A stretch of DNA of 64,000 nucleotides from Salpingoeca rosetta (lineage: Eukaryota; Protista; Choanoflagellata): contig JAWQFM010000032.1 in the NCBI GenBank assembly GCA_033442325.1, forward strand, positions 314,342-378,341. The letters run 5' to 3'. Within the stretch, counting starts at the first letter, position 1, and every line of letters starts with the position of its first letter. Shown here in pieces: positions 33,950-64,000 of the stretch. Both the position numbers and the translations under genes were made by a program. The notes below the pieces were generated by a model. The model did not search any database. It was given only the letters and a program-made list of their open reading frames with translations, and had not been told where the DNA came from.

Positions 33950-34234
33950 ATGGCTGACAAGAGCGAGGAGCACCACCACGGCCCACCGGCAGGCGACGAC
34001 TGGGGTGACGACCAGTCTGCACGCCTGCGCGACGCAGGCTACAAGAGTGAGTGGCGGTGGATGTGGTTGCTTACAGATAGTGTGTAGGCGGGTGTTTGCG
34101 AGGTGAAGAATCGCGGTGAAAGTAACGCAATTACCAATGTACCCGACAGGTGTTGTTGTCGTCGGAGTTGTTGTGTTCACTGTGTTTGTTCGTGTTTGCG
34201 CTTGCGTGTTTGTGCTTGCGTGTTTGCGCTTGCG

Positions 34235-34291
<57 letters not shown>

Positions 34292-35041
34292 CGTTGGATA
34301 AAGCTCACACAACGGCACATGGTTGGCTCTGGTGTCTTGTAGTTGTTCGCTTTGGTGGACCAGGCATCATCTACGTCGGCCAAGTGGACTACGACGACAA
34401 GCCAGATGGTGTGTGTGTGTGTGTGTGGGGTTGGTTCCGGTGGTGGTGTTGGTCGTTATGTGTGCACGCTTTCAGTCTCATCGCCTCTCCACCTGCCTTG
34501 TCTGTCTTCTCCACGTGTTGCTGCAATTTTCACAGGGACGGGCTTCATGTTTCTTCCCAATGGCGACATCCATCAGTGTGAGTTCCGCAACGGGCGCGCA
34601 GACGGCAAAGGCATCTACATGACCAGTAAAGGCACCGAAATGGCAGGTGAGCCACCTTCCTTTGCGCGTTGTGTGCGTGTGTTGTGATGTGTGTGCGTGT
34701 GTGTGCGTGCGTACTTGTGTGTGCGTGCATGCGTATGTGTTGTGGTGTGTGCGGGTGTGTGTGCGGGTGTGTGTGCGCGTGCGTGTGCGTGGTTGTGCGT
34801 TTGTGCGTGTGTGCGCGCGTGTTTGTGGTTGCTCGCATGCCTTTTTCTTGCCTCGTTCATAGCAGCAGCAGCAGCAGCACTCAGCCGTCTTGTCTTGACA
34901 TCCCTTGCAGGGGAGTGGCGCATGAACATGCGTGTTGGCGAGTTCAAGATCGTCGACGGCAAGGGCGTGCACTGGCTCGAGCGCTACAACGACGAAGGCA
35001 AGAAAACGGCTCGCAAGAAGGTGATCAATGCAAGCGTCTGA
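33950..35041 (+). CDS. Small MORN-repeat protein, at least 4 exons; 3' end uncertain (may splice at 35021 into the gap)
   Basis: Phase-consistent splicing gives [11 protein letters not shown]...[83 protein letters not shown]. This fits the MORN pattern YxGxFxxGxxxGxGxxxxxxG. Confidence 0.78.
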
Positions 35042-35087
35042 CATGACGTGCAGTGTGTCAAACACGAGGCGCACCTATCATCGTGCC

Positions 35088-35171
<84 letters not shown>

Positions 35172-35588
35172 NNNNNNNNNNNNNNNNNNNNNNNNNNNNN
35201 NNNNNNNNNNNNNNNNNNNNNNNNNNNNNNNNNNNNNNNNNNNNNNNNNNNNNNNNNNNNNNNNNNNNNNNNNNNNNNNNNNNNNNNNNNNNNNNNNNNN
35301 NNNNNNNNNNNNNNNNNNNNNNNNNNNNNNNNNNNNNNNNNNNNNNNNNNNNNNNNNNNNNNNNNNNNNNNNNNNNNNNNNNNNNNNNNNNNNNNNNNNN
35401 NNNNNNNNNNNNNNNNNNNNNNNNNNNNNNNNNNNNNNNNNNNNNNNNNNNNNNNNNNNNNNNNNNNNNNNNNNNNNNNNNNNNNNNNNNNNNNNNNNNN
35501 NNNNNNNNNNNNNNNNNNNNNNNNNNNNNNNNNNNNNNNNNNNNNNNNNNNNNNNNNNNNNNNNNNNNNNNNNNNNNNNNNNNNNNNN
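35172..35588. other. Assembly gap (N-run)
   Basis: Run of N after (CA)n. Confidence 1.
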
Positions 35589-35815
35589 TACAGCAAGCAA
35601 GCACACAAGCAAAAGGCAAAGCAATCAAAACAAGGCGAAAAGCAAGCCATTGGTCCAACGCAGTGCGCTGTCATCATCATCGATTCAAAAACGCCAAGTT
35701 GTCCTCCCCAGCCAGCATTGACCACGGACACTGATTGACTGGCCAACCAACCAGCACGCCCTCTCTTCTTGTCGTCCATCCACCCCACTCTCGGTCTGCG
35801 CACCCCGTCACGCAC

Positions 35816-52594
<16,779 letters not shown>

Positions 52595-53252
52595 TACCCA
52601 ATGACTCACTGAGTTTGCATTGACAAGAAGTTGTGTAAATGTAGCCACCTGTGACTTTTGTTCCTCTCCGCCACAAATACACGCACGGCATCACAATGAC
52701 GATCAATCTGTTTCTGTGTCATTCATTCCACTTGCTTGAATAAAGCAGGATGCCATCATGGTCCTCACATTAATGTTCGGTTTGATCATTGTATTGAGAG
52801 GCAACAACGAACCAAAGGAGAAGGGTTGCGAGGCAGGACAAGCCGGGGAAACTCCCCAAACGCCGTTGCGGCGTGTCATTACGCAGAGGCAAATCGATAC
52901 CACGGTAAGCCAACGCCATTACACACAGGGAGAGGGAGGGAGAGAGGTTCCCATGCACACGAGCGCACAAAGACACCGCCAGCGTCAAGTGCTCAGGAAC
53001 ACGAGCATGGATAAAAGACGTGTGAGCACAATTTGAGCCCGCGGAGGCGACAACCCGTGGCACAGACCAAGAGAGACAGCAAGGGCCAAGTGGGTAATTA
53101 AGAACAAGGGAGGGGAGGGAGGATGATTCAAGGTGTCACAGATCAAAATGCAACCAGCGTTGGTGATGACAAAGCAACCTCATGACGACAAGCCAAGCAA
53201 GGTGTCAGAGAACGACATCGAGCGAGCGAGCCATGTTGAGAAGGTGAGACGC

Positions 53253-53882
<630 letters not shown>

Positions 53883-53973
53883 TTAGCGCATCTCCAAATC
53901 GCAATTGGCGCTGAATCCACACAATAAAAAATAATGTTCGTTATTCTGCACCCTTGAAAAAGACATTGATTCA

Positions 53974-54479
<506 letters not shown>

Positions 54480-54718
54480 TATGAAAAGCAGCGTTCGAAC
54501 GAATCACCCGCCACAATTGCCGTTGCTTTGTGGCTGCGCGCCGCGCCGAAAAGCGCACACAGCAGCACTGCTGCCTGCCTTCCGTGGTTCAAGTGGCAGT
54601 TGGCGTGTGGTGGAGTTCATTTTCATCAGCTACTTCCACCAGCCTCTCCCACCAAGTCAAGCACATCCCCGCACCCCACGTCTTCGACGACTACCACTAC
54701 CACAACCAACTCTCCAAG

Positions 54719-55090
54719 ATGCCACCCAAGGTTTCCAAGAAGGGCGAGAAGAAGGCAGGCAAGGCCAAGGCCGCCGCCGGTGAGGGCAAGCGCCGCAAGA
54801 AGCGCAAGGAGTCCTACAGCATCTACATCTACAAGGTCCTGAAGCAGGTCCACCCCGACGTCGGCATCTCCTCCAAGGCCATGAGCATCCTCAACTCGTT
54901 TGTCAACGACATCTTCGAGCGCATCGCCAACGAGGCCTCCCGCCTGGCCAAGTACAACAACAAGTCCACCATCTCCTCCCGGGAGATCCAGACGGCCATC
55001 CGCCTGCTCCTCCCCGGTGAGCTTGCCAAGCACGCCGTCTCTGAGGGCACCAAGGCCGTCACCAAGTACACCTCCGCCGGTGGCAAGTAA
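54719..55090 (+). CDS. H2B: Histone H2B (intronless, 123 aa)
   Basis: [15 protein letters not shown]...[53 protein letters not shown]...[24 protein letters not shown]. Confidence 0.99.
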   Translation: MPPKVSKKGEKKAGKAKAAAGEGKRRKKRKESYSIYIYKVLKQVHPDVGISSKAMSILNSFVNDIFERIANEASRLAKYNNKSTISSREIQTAIRLLLPGELAKHAVSEGTKAVTKYTSAGGK

Positions 55091-55895
55091 ACGACGACGT
55101 CTTGCGACGCTTGTTGGATGGATCTCTTTCCATCTGCCTATGACATGGTGCACTTTGTTCCTGTCGTTCTCTCATTGTGATTGTGTTCCCTCCCCTCTCC
55201 TTTTTGAGCTGATGCTTCTCGGTGCTGCTGACTTTGTATGTGAGATGTCTTATCACTCTCCTGCGTTGTCTTTGATGGCGAGATTGCCCGACGCTTCCCT
55301 TCACTCTCCTTTTCCCCCAGTGTGCTCGGCCCTGTGTGTGCCTGAGCTCTTTTGTCTATTCCCTTGCCCGCCGCTTGTTTGAGAGCGTGTGTGCGTGCAA
55401 CGCGTGCTACCTGCCTGGGTGAGCGCTCTTGCGGGAGAGTTGCCCGGTTTGCAATGCTTTTGTTTGGTGTGATGCGTGCGCATGGATCTCGACGTGTTTT
55501 TGCGCTTGCCCGTGCAGATGTTGCATGAGAGCGCGCAGCGTGCGAGTCTTTTATCCTCTTGAGTGTGCATGCATTTTCTTGGCAACTGCTACTGCAAACC
55601 ACCTTTTTGTGCTTCTCTCTTCTTCAAGCGTGTCTCTCCCTGCACGTTGGCTGCATGTGCCCGTGCTCGGCAGTGGCTTTCCCTCAATCAATACACGACA
55701 TGACCCCCCAACCCGATGAGCCAGCGAAGCGACAGTGGTGCAGTGCAAAGGTGTGTGCGTGCTGATGTGTCAGCAGAAACAAAAAGAAAGGGAGAGAGCC
55801 GAAAATCGCAACACAAACAACAAATACGAAGCACATCAAAATACCACGCCACGTGCACGCACACACCCTTCCCTTGATGATCACCACGCCCTATC

Positions 55896-56010
55896 ATGTC
55901 TGAGACGAAGGAGCTGCTGGGGTTTCTTGACCTCGACACACGCGAGGATGTGCGCAGCGGTGCTCTGCGCATCGTCCTCGGCCTCACAGCGTCAGAGGTG
56001 GGTTGGTGTG

Positions 56011-56049
<39 letters not shown>

Positions 56050-56312
56050 TGTGTCTGTGTCTGTGTCTGTGTCTGTGTGTTTGTCTGTGTCTGTGTGTTT
56101 GTCTGTGTCTGTCTGTCTGTCTGTGTGTCTGTGTGTGCGTATCTGTGTTTCTGTGTGTGTCGGTGTTTCTGTGTCTGTCTGTCTCTCTCTCTCTGTCTGT
56201 CTCTGTCTGTCTCTGTCTCTCTCTGTCTGTCTCTGTCTCTGTCTGTCTGTCTCTCTCTCTGTCTCTCTCTGTCTCTCTCTGTCTCTCTCTCTCTCTCTGT
56301 CTTTCTCTCTAA

Positions 56313-56343
<31 letters not shown>

Positions 56344-56715
56344 TCTCTCTGTCTCTCTGTCTGTCTCTCTCTCTCTATCTCTGTGCCCCCCCTCTTGCTG
56401 TCTAGCCGCTCACAACACATCTGCTGTACATGTGCGCGCTCGGTGTTGTGTGGTCAGCAAAGCAAAGACTTCTTCAAGGCAAACCCAGAGTTTGTGGATG
56501 CCATTGTCACACTCGTCAAGGTTGGTGTGTGCTGCGAAGAGATCACGTGCAGGTGCCCGCACCCTTCACCCGTTTGTCACGTACTCACATTGTGTCGTCC
56601 CCCCCCCCCCTTAACGACTAGGACGATGACTCTGCGGCTGTGCGGCGGGATGCCTTCTGCGCCCTCACCAATCTCGCCGAGATTGAGCACTGCGCCCACC
56701 GCATGATCGAGAAGG
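55896..56715 (+). CDS. HGH1: HGH1/FAM203 (eEF2 chaperone, ARM-like) N-terminal fragment; exons 55896-55997, 56458-56520, 56622-56715; remainder missing
   Basis: [75 protein letters not shown] matches the HGH1 N-terminal pattern (EL..FL....R.DV...A...VLGLT ... DA..AL.NL). Confidence 0.68.
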
Positions 56716-56933
<218 letters not shown>

Positions 56934-57085
56934 CGGTAGACAAGGAATGGATTCAGAGCAATCCACTCAAGGAAGCCGTTGCAGCCTGCGGGTGTGTGGC
57001 ATGCCCCACATTACACGTCCGAGATTCACCCCTTGCGACCTCATCGCCCTGAATGCACCACCATCCCACGTGCTCCAATCACCAG

Positions 57086-57587
57086 CGTGCCATCGAGGCC
57101 TCCAAGCACGCGCTGCGCCTGTACGACACCTACCGCAAGCACGACAGGGCTGTCAACGCGCTCATCGTCCAGGCATCGTGCCACCTTGAACTGTCGCGTC
57201 CAGGCGAGGTGGTGCAGGGTTGCTTGGACCACCTTCGCCGCTGGGAGATGGCCGAGGTTGAAGACCAACCCGAGGACCACGCGCTGCTCGCGCTCCTGTA
57301 TGCGAAGGTGGGGCGCGCGTTCTTTGAGCTGCAGAAGTTTGATATTGCGGCCGACACGCTTCAGTCGGCACTTCGTATCTGCCCGCACACAAGCGGTTAC
57401 CGCGGCACTCTCCTGCAGAACCTCGGCGCAGCCCTCAACGCAACAGGTACGTCTTGTTTTGTGTTGTGTGTGTCTGTGTCTGTTTTGTGCGCGCGTCTGT
57501 GTCTGTGTCTCTGTCTGTGTCTCTGTGTCTCTGTGTCTCTGTCTCTGTCTGTCTCTGTCTCTCTCTGTCTCTCTCTGTCTCTCTCCC

Positions 57588-57634
<47 letters not shown>

Positions 57635-59169
57635 GTCTGTCTCTCTCTCTGTCTGTCTCTCTCTGTCTCTCTCTGACTCTCCCTCTCCTCTCCCCTGTAC
57701 GTTCGCTTATGTGCCAATGTGACACCTTGTCAAGCACCTTGTCAAGGGCTGCGCGTCTGAAGACTTCTGTGCGAAGCATTACCCATTCTCCGTGTTCCAG
57801 TCAATGTATTCACCCGTCACCAACGATGCGTCCATCCATCACCTCTCGTGTGTCACACACCACGTGCGCACTGAACGGGCACAGGGTCGTTTGAGGAAGC
57901 CGTGACGTTCCATAAACAGGCGCTCAAGGAGTTTGTGCAGTCGCCTCAGGCCATATCTGAGCACCTCGCAAACATCCGCGATAACCTCGGCTTTGCTGAG
58001 GTGATGCAGGGCAGGAGGCAGGCGCTGCTGTTCTGGTGCATCGTGTTTGCCCACCACCGCTTGCGCTCTGTATGTTTTAACACACACATCACCCCACAAC
58101 CACGTAACCACGTGCACACACACACACACACACACATAACACATAACACATAACACAACACACACACGCACACACATAACACAACATACAGGGGATGACG
58201 GGCGATTTAAATGCGGCGTCCATGAGTTTGGAGCGCGCGCACGTGCTGTGGCTGGAGGCGGGCCTGCCGAGCATGGCTGTGCTGTCCTTGGAGCGGCTGG
58301 GTGGCGTTTTGGAGCACTTCAACCTGCCGCAGCGCGCGCTTGTGCACTACCAGCGCGCCATTGGCTGTGCGGCGTCAAACGGGCTTGAGGAGGACCGCAC
58401 ACGCGTGGAGGAAAAGGTACAGGCGATATGGGATGCGCTTACGGACGCGGAGCACAAGCGCATGTATGGCAACGCAGCCGCCATCATGGCAGCAGAAGCA
58501 GAGGCAGCGGTAGCGGTTACACACACCGGCACAGACACGCCGGCACAAGCACCAACATCGCACCAGCAAAATCAGCAGCAGCAGCAGCAGCAGCAAGGCG
58601 CCTTCGATCGGAGGGCAGAGCAGCCTGCAGCCATGAGCAGTTATGGCAACACTGGCAGTGATGGCGATGAAGATGATGGTGTTGGCGTTGGCGGGGATGG
58701 CCGTGGTGGTGGTGGTGGTGGTGATGAGGATGGAGGTGTGGGTGATCGCAGACAGCTAGCGTCGTTTGGTCCCAGTCGCAGCAGCGGCGATACCATCATG
58801 CTGGGTGTGCCTGACGATGAGGAGGAGGACCAGGATCGCTACAACGGCCAAGGTGGTGATTGGATTCCATTCACAGATAATGGCCAGTGGCACCGGCAAC
58901 AGCAGCATGGAAGGGGCGTTAATGAGGCATCATATCTTGCGCCGACGCCTGCGGGGTTTGGCCACGGCGACCCCAGCTATGCGGAGATCCCCACGCTCAG
59001 CGAAACGCAGCTCGAGCACGTGCCTGTGAGTGCAGTTGTGTTGTGATCTGGACTTGTTTATTGCACTGTGTTTGTTGTACACAGCATTCACAGCATCGCT
59101 GGTGCACACACTCACCCACGCACACTTGGCTCACACTCGCACACTTGGCACACACACTCGCACACTTGG

Positions 59170-59200
<31 letters not shown>

Positions 59201-59244
59201 GCACACTTGGCTCACACACTCGCACACTTGGCACACACACACAA

Positions 59245-59336
<92 letters not shown>

Positions 59337-59607
59337 GCTCATTCAACCACCGCATGTGCAGCCTGCCACGCCCAGCGTGAGTCGGGGTGCACTGCAGCAA
59401 GCGAGCGTCGTCGCTGCGCCAAGCACGGATAGAAACGGAACAACCAACACCAGCAGAGTTGCCAACACTGGCAGCACTGGGAGGCGCAGTGGCAGACGAC
59501 GGGAAGACGTGAGAGGGCGTGGAAGTGCACGTGGGAGTGGCAGATCGAGACCGCACAGTAAGGGCGAGGGCCCCGATGCAAGCTCCCGAGCATGCACCAT
59601 CATGTGA
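57086..59607 (+). CDS. TPR-repeat protein (TTC24-like) with disordered tail ending in CaaX (CTIM*); 5' end missing; exons 57086-57446, 57885-58000, 58192-59025, 59362-59607
   Basis: Phase-consistent splicing. TPR-like helices [54 protein letters not shown] and [27 protein letters not shown]-terminus ...ASSRACTIM*. Confidence 0.75.
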
Positions 59608-59885
59608 CAGTGTGCGTGCATGCGTGTGAATGAATGGGTCTGTGTGTATGTTGTGTGCGTGAACGTGAGTGAGTGTCTGCTTGCTTGGCGGCTTCTGTTC
59701 TCGATTGTGTGTTACTTTATGACATGACATGTGATGTTCATTAGGATGCTGTGTATTTGAAGTTGAGTTGCAGTGTGCATTCGGGAGCACACAATTATGT
59801 TGCAATTAAGACATAGAGAAATCAATATGCATTGAGGAGGCTCGAGAAGAAGGGAAGAGACATAGCAACAGACTCGGGCGCGCGT

Positions 59886-59931
<46 letters not shown>

Positions 59932-60258
59932 GCACGCATACACGCACGCATACACACAGACACACAGACAAACACACACACAAAAAGTCATTCGCTTTCG
60001 CACGCCAAGCAAGCCAACAAAATAGGCACAGGCGGCGCTGAGTACAGCTCAGTAATCAGGACTTGAAATGGGAGAGAGCCACCCGGGATTGGCGAGACAA
60101 GCACTGTTTCCGTTGGTGTTCACGATCGTGCTCCAGATGCAACTTTGCTCTTATGCGCCAGAGTTTCGACAGAAGGTATCACAGGGGCGTGAGCGCGTGT
60201 GCGCTGATGACATGGTGCAGTGCGATGCAAGCGAGCAAAGTGGACAACAGTGACATAC

Positions 60259-60595
60259 CACGCGCGCAGACTCCTCGCGAAGGTACTTGACGACGCCTGC
60301 GAGTGCTTCTGGGTTGACGCCATTGTTGCACAGCTTCACGCACAACAATAAGCTCTGGAAGACGCACGAGAAGAGTCAAGGTGAGAGTGCGTGACTGAGC
60401 GCGGGTGCATGTGTGCGTGTGGATGTGTGAATTTTTGTGTGTGAATGTGTGAATGTGTGATGTGTGTGTGCGTGTGGGTATTGGGTATTGGGTGTCGGTT
60501 GTGTTTGTGTTGCACTGAGCGTGATCACAGCATGTGATTGGAACGCACCTCCCTGTCCAACCCTGTGTTCAAGATCTGCGACACTTCAAACAAAG
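60259..60595 (-). CDS. MZT1: Mitotic-spindle organizing protein 1 (MOZART1), internal exons 60595-60549 and 60354-60259; first exon probably in the gap, last exon unresolved
   Basis: LFEVSQILNTGLDRE/SLLLCVKLCNNGVNPEALAGVVKYLREES matches the MZT1 signature L.EIS.ILNTGLD.ETL.ICV.LCE.G.NPEAL..VIKELR. Confidence 0.92.
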
Positions 60596-60788
60596 CTTCA
60601 AGTGGGGTGTGCAGTGCATGTGTGAGATGGTTCAATGAACGCATGGTATTGTGGTGGCCATGACAACGCTGTTGCTGGACAGAGCGGAAGAGACAGAGAG
60701 AGACAGAGAGAGACAGAGAGAGAGAGACAGACAGAGAGCCAGACAGAGACAGAGACAGGTCTTCACGCGCACACACACACACACGCAT

Positions 60789-60900
<112 letters not shown>

Positions 60901-61810
60901 NNNNNNNNNNNNNNNNNNNNNNNNNNNNNNNNNNNNNNNNNNNNNNNNNNNNNNNNNNNNNNNNNNNNNNNNNNNNNNNNNNNNNNNNNNNNNNNNNNNN
61001 NNNNNNNNNNNNNNNNNNNNNNNNNNNNNNNNNNNNNNNNNNNNNNNNNNNNNNNNNNNNNNNNNNNNNNNNNNNNNNNNNNNNNNNNNNNNNNNNNNNN
61101 NNNNNNNNNNNNNNNNNNNNNNNNNNNNNNNNNNNNNNNNNNNNNNNNNNNNNNNNNNNNNNNNNNNNNNNNNNNNNNNNNNNNNNNNNNNNNNNNNNNN
61201 NNNNNNNNNNNNNNNNNNNNNNNNNNNNNNNNNNNNNNNNNNNNNNNNNNNNNNNNNNNNNNNNNNNNNNNNNNNNNNNNNNNNNNNNNNNNNNNNNNNN
61301 NNNNNNNNNNNNNNNNNNNNNNNNNNNNNNNNNNNNNNNNNNNNNNNNNNNNNNNNNNNNNNNNNNNNNNNNNNNNNNNNNNNNNNNNNNNNNNNNNNNN
61401 NNNNNNNNNNNNNNNNNNNNNNNNNNNNNNNNNNNNNNNNNNNNNNNNNNNNNNNNNNNNNNNNNNNNNNNNNNNNNNNNNNNNNNNNNNNNNNNNNNNN
61501 NNNNNNNNNNNNNNNNNNNNNNNNNNNNNNNNNNNNNNNNNNNNNNNNNNNNNNNNNNNNNNNNNNNNNNNNNNNNNNNNNNNNNNNNNNNNNNNNNNNN
61601 NNNNNNNNNNNNNNNNNNNNNNNNNNNNNNNNNNNNNNNNNNNNNNNNNNNNNNNNNNNNNNNNNNNNNNNNNNNNNNNNNNNNNNNNNNNNNNNNNNNN
61701 NNNNNNNNNNNNNNNNNNNNNNNNNNNNNNNNNNNNNNNNNNNNNNNNNNNNNNNNNNNNNNNNNNNNNNNNNNNNNNNNNNNNNNNNNNNNNNNNNNNN
61801 NNNNNNNNNN
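60901..61810. other. Assembly gap; the following ~400 bp (61811-62200) look like low-quality read end
   Basis: Run of N, followed by homopolymer-rich sequence unlike the rest of the window. Confidence 0.95.
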
Positions 61811-62201
61811 TTGTGTGGTTTTTTGTGTTTTTGGGAGTTTTAAAACCAGGGCCGTTTTTCGTGGTGTTCCCCACCCCTGGTTGCCCAGCGCACAAACTGG
61901 GCTCTTCGACACTTGCCCCCCACGGGGGGTGTGGGGGGGGGTTGTTTTAAAAAGGGGGGGGGGGACGTTTAGGAATGGGGGGGGAAGGGGATAAAGTTGC
62001 TTGCCCCCGGGGCCCAGGTGTTTTTTTTTTGCAAGGGGGCAAACGGGAAAAAAATTTTTTTGTGTTTAAAATTGGGGGGGGGGGGAGGGTGAGATCCCCC
62101 CAATGAATGGGGGGATGAAACGTTTAAAAGAAATTGGGCTGGGCACACCCAAGGCACACAAGTCAACATTGCTTCCCCGACCACCCCTTTCTTGGCCCGG
62201 G

Positions 62202-62249
<48 letters not shown>

Positions 62250-62280
62250 ACACACACGCACACGTATAACCACATTGTAC

Positions 62281-62622
62281 TCAGTACCTCGATGAGGGTC
62301 TCGATGTGGCGGACATATGCAGAGTTGATGGGTGCATCGCCGGCCGCGTGCTCCCACTCAAATGCCAGCACAAGCAGTACGTCCTGACGTTTGGGACAGG
62401 GTTGGGGGGGGGGGGGTTCGTGTGTTTGTGTATGCAGGTGTGGCGTTGTGTGAGTGCTGACACGTGTGTGTTTCAGCTGAGGTGAAAGCATACATCTTGC
62501 AGAGTAACACGTACACACACGCAAACACGCACACAAACACACACACACACACTCTCTCTCTCTCTCACACACACACACACAAACACACACAAACACACAC
62601 ACACAAACACACACACACAAAC

Positions 62623-62675
<53 letters not shown>

Positions 62676-63709
62676 CGCTCTCTCTCCCCCTCTTCCCCTC
62701 TCTCCCTCTCCTCTGTGTATCTCAACATCAACAAAGGTGTGCGCGTGCGGACGTACGAGGGATGTGCAAGCCCTGAGGTCGGCCCACTGTCCGTGGTTTG
62801 CCTCAATCTGGTACGTGGCGAGGAACCCAGCGCCCTCCTCATCAAGCTGGTCCGGGCGGTGCGTGAACAGCCTTGATGGTGATGATGGTGGTTGCGGTGA
62901 GAGGAGGTGAGGAGATGTGGGACAGGGGCTCATGGTGATGGCAGGGTTATGTTCGCACGCACACACACATACACATACACAGAACACACACACACATACA
63001 CGCACACAGAACACACACCCTTGGCATTCACTCACGTGTCAACAGATGTCTCAGCGCCCCAGTCCACGTTCGACAGGGCCTTGCCAATCTCATACACCAC
63101 GCGCGGTACAAAGCGCAGCGTCTGCGTCGGGACATTCACGCGTGGAAGAAGGAAAGCGGGATGTCATTCACAGAGATGAGGGGAGGATCGGAAACAGCCA
63201 ACACAGGCACACAGACACACAAACACACAGACACACAGACACACATATACACACACACGCACATTTACACGCACACGCACACGCACACGCACACGCACAC
63301 ACGTGACAGCTGCCACGTGTGCACACCGTCATCATAACGACCGCACTGTGTACGCCACGCATATCAATAAATAACAAAGCAATGGCATGTCAGCGGCAGC
63401 CATCAAACAGCACCCAAGCACCCCCCCCCCCCCCCCCACACACACACACCTGTGGTTCTGTCTGCAGGAGCAGAAGGCGCTGATTGCGGAGTTGTGTGAG
63501 AATGGGAATGCCGGTGGAGGGCGTGACGCGCGCAACACCCGTGCCTGCAGGCAACCAGCATGCGCGTGCGGGTACATCAGTGAAGGACGTGTGTATGTGT
63601 GTGTGTTTGTGTGTTTGTGTGCGCGGGAGAAAGAGATGATGCCGAGCGTAGACGCAATCACCACAAGGCAGGCCGAGTAAATTGCGACTCATGCACCCGT
63701 TTGCACCTG

Positions 63710-63777
<68 letters not shown>

Positions 63778-63852
63778 CGTACGATCGCGAGCGTCTGGGA
63801 AAACGCGCCGCTTCGCCAGCGTCTCGGCGGCAAAATTCTTCACAAACTCAAC
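62281..63852 (-). CDS. Internal exons of an unidentified protein-coding gene (starts beyond the window, ends in low-quality/gap region)
   Basis: Five short GT-AG-bounded coding-like exons: [23 protein letters not shown] / [32 protein letters not shown] / [28 protein letters not shown] / [38 protein letters not shown] / [34 protein letters not shown]. No family recognised. Confidence 0.6.
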
Positions 63853-64000
63853 CTGGATTGTGAAGGGGTGTGTATGTGTGTGTTCACGTGAGCAAGCGTG
63901 CGTGCGTGCGTGTGCGTGTGTGCGTGTGCGTGTGTGTGCGTGTATGTGCGTGTATGTGTGTACGTGTGTAATGCGTGTGTGTGTGTGTGTGTGTGTGTGC

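Noticed and set aside
55117-55134. Hairpin GATGGA-TCTCTT-TCCATC downstream of the H2B stop as a histone stem-loop
   Set aside because: It has a 6-nt loop and a non-consensus stem, and no equivalent was found after H3.
61811-62200. G-run-rich segment as a G-quadruplex or foreign insert
   Set aside because: It adjoins a gap and is dominated by homopolymer runs typical of a low-quality read end.

Overview
Intron-rich, microsatellite-saturated eukaryotic DNA with four N-gaps. Gene content and intron style point to a choanoflagellate, probably Salpingoeca rosetta (inference). Genes read by hand-splicing, in order: a divergent forkhead-box transcription factor (-), BAG1 (-), an AIM24-family protein (+), an intronless secreted 7-repeat beta-propeller (-), mitochondrial NAD(P) transhydrogenase NNT (-), ECM29 (-), a small MORN-repeat protein (+), a large DUF4062(TIR-like)-NACHT-like-WD40 STAND protein (+), histone H3 (-) facing away from H2B (+), an HGH1 5' fragment abutting a TTC24-like TPR/CaaX gene (+), MZT1 (-) and a partial unknown gene (-). 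The most striking non-gene signal is a strand-polarised intron architecture: (GT)n follows the 5' splice site and (CA)n or (CTCA)n precedes the 3' splice site, often with no polypyrimidine tract. Other highlights are the possibly lipid-anchored NLR-like STAND protein, an H3 with Thr10, and E2F-like sites in the H3/H2B promoter. Three apparent oddities (H3 duplicate, duplicated WD40 exon, HGH1-TPR junction) are most likely assembly artefacts. All family assignments come from recalled motifs; no searches were run.
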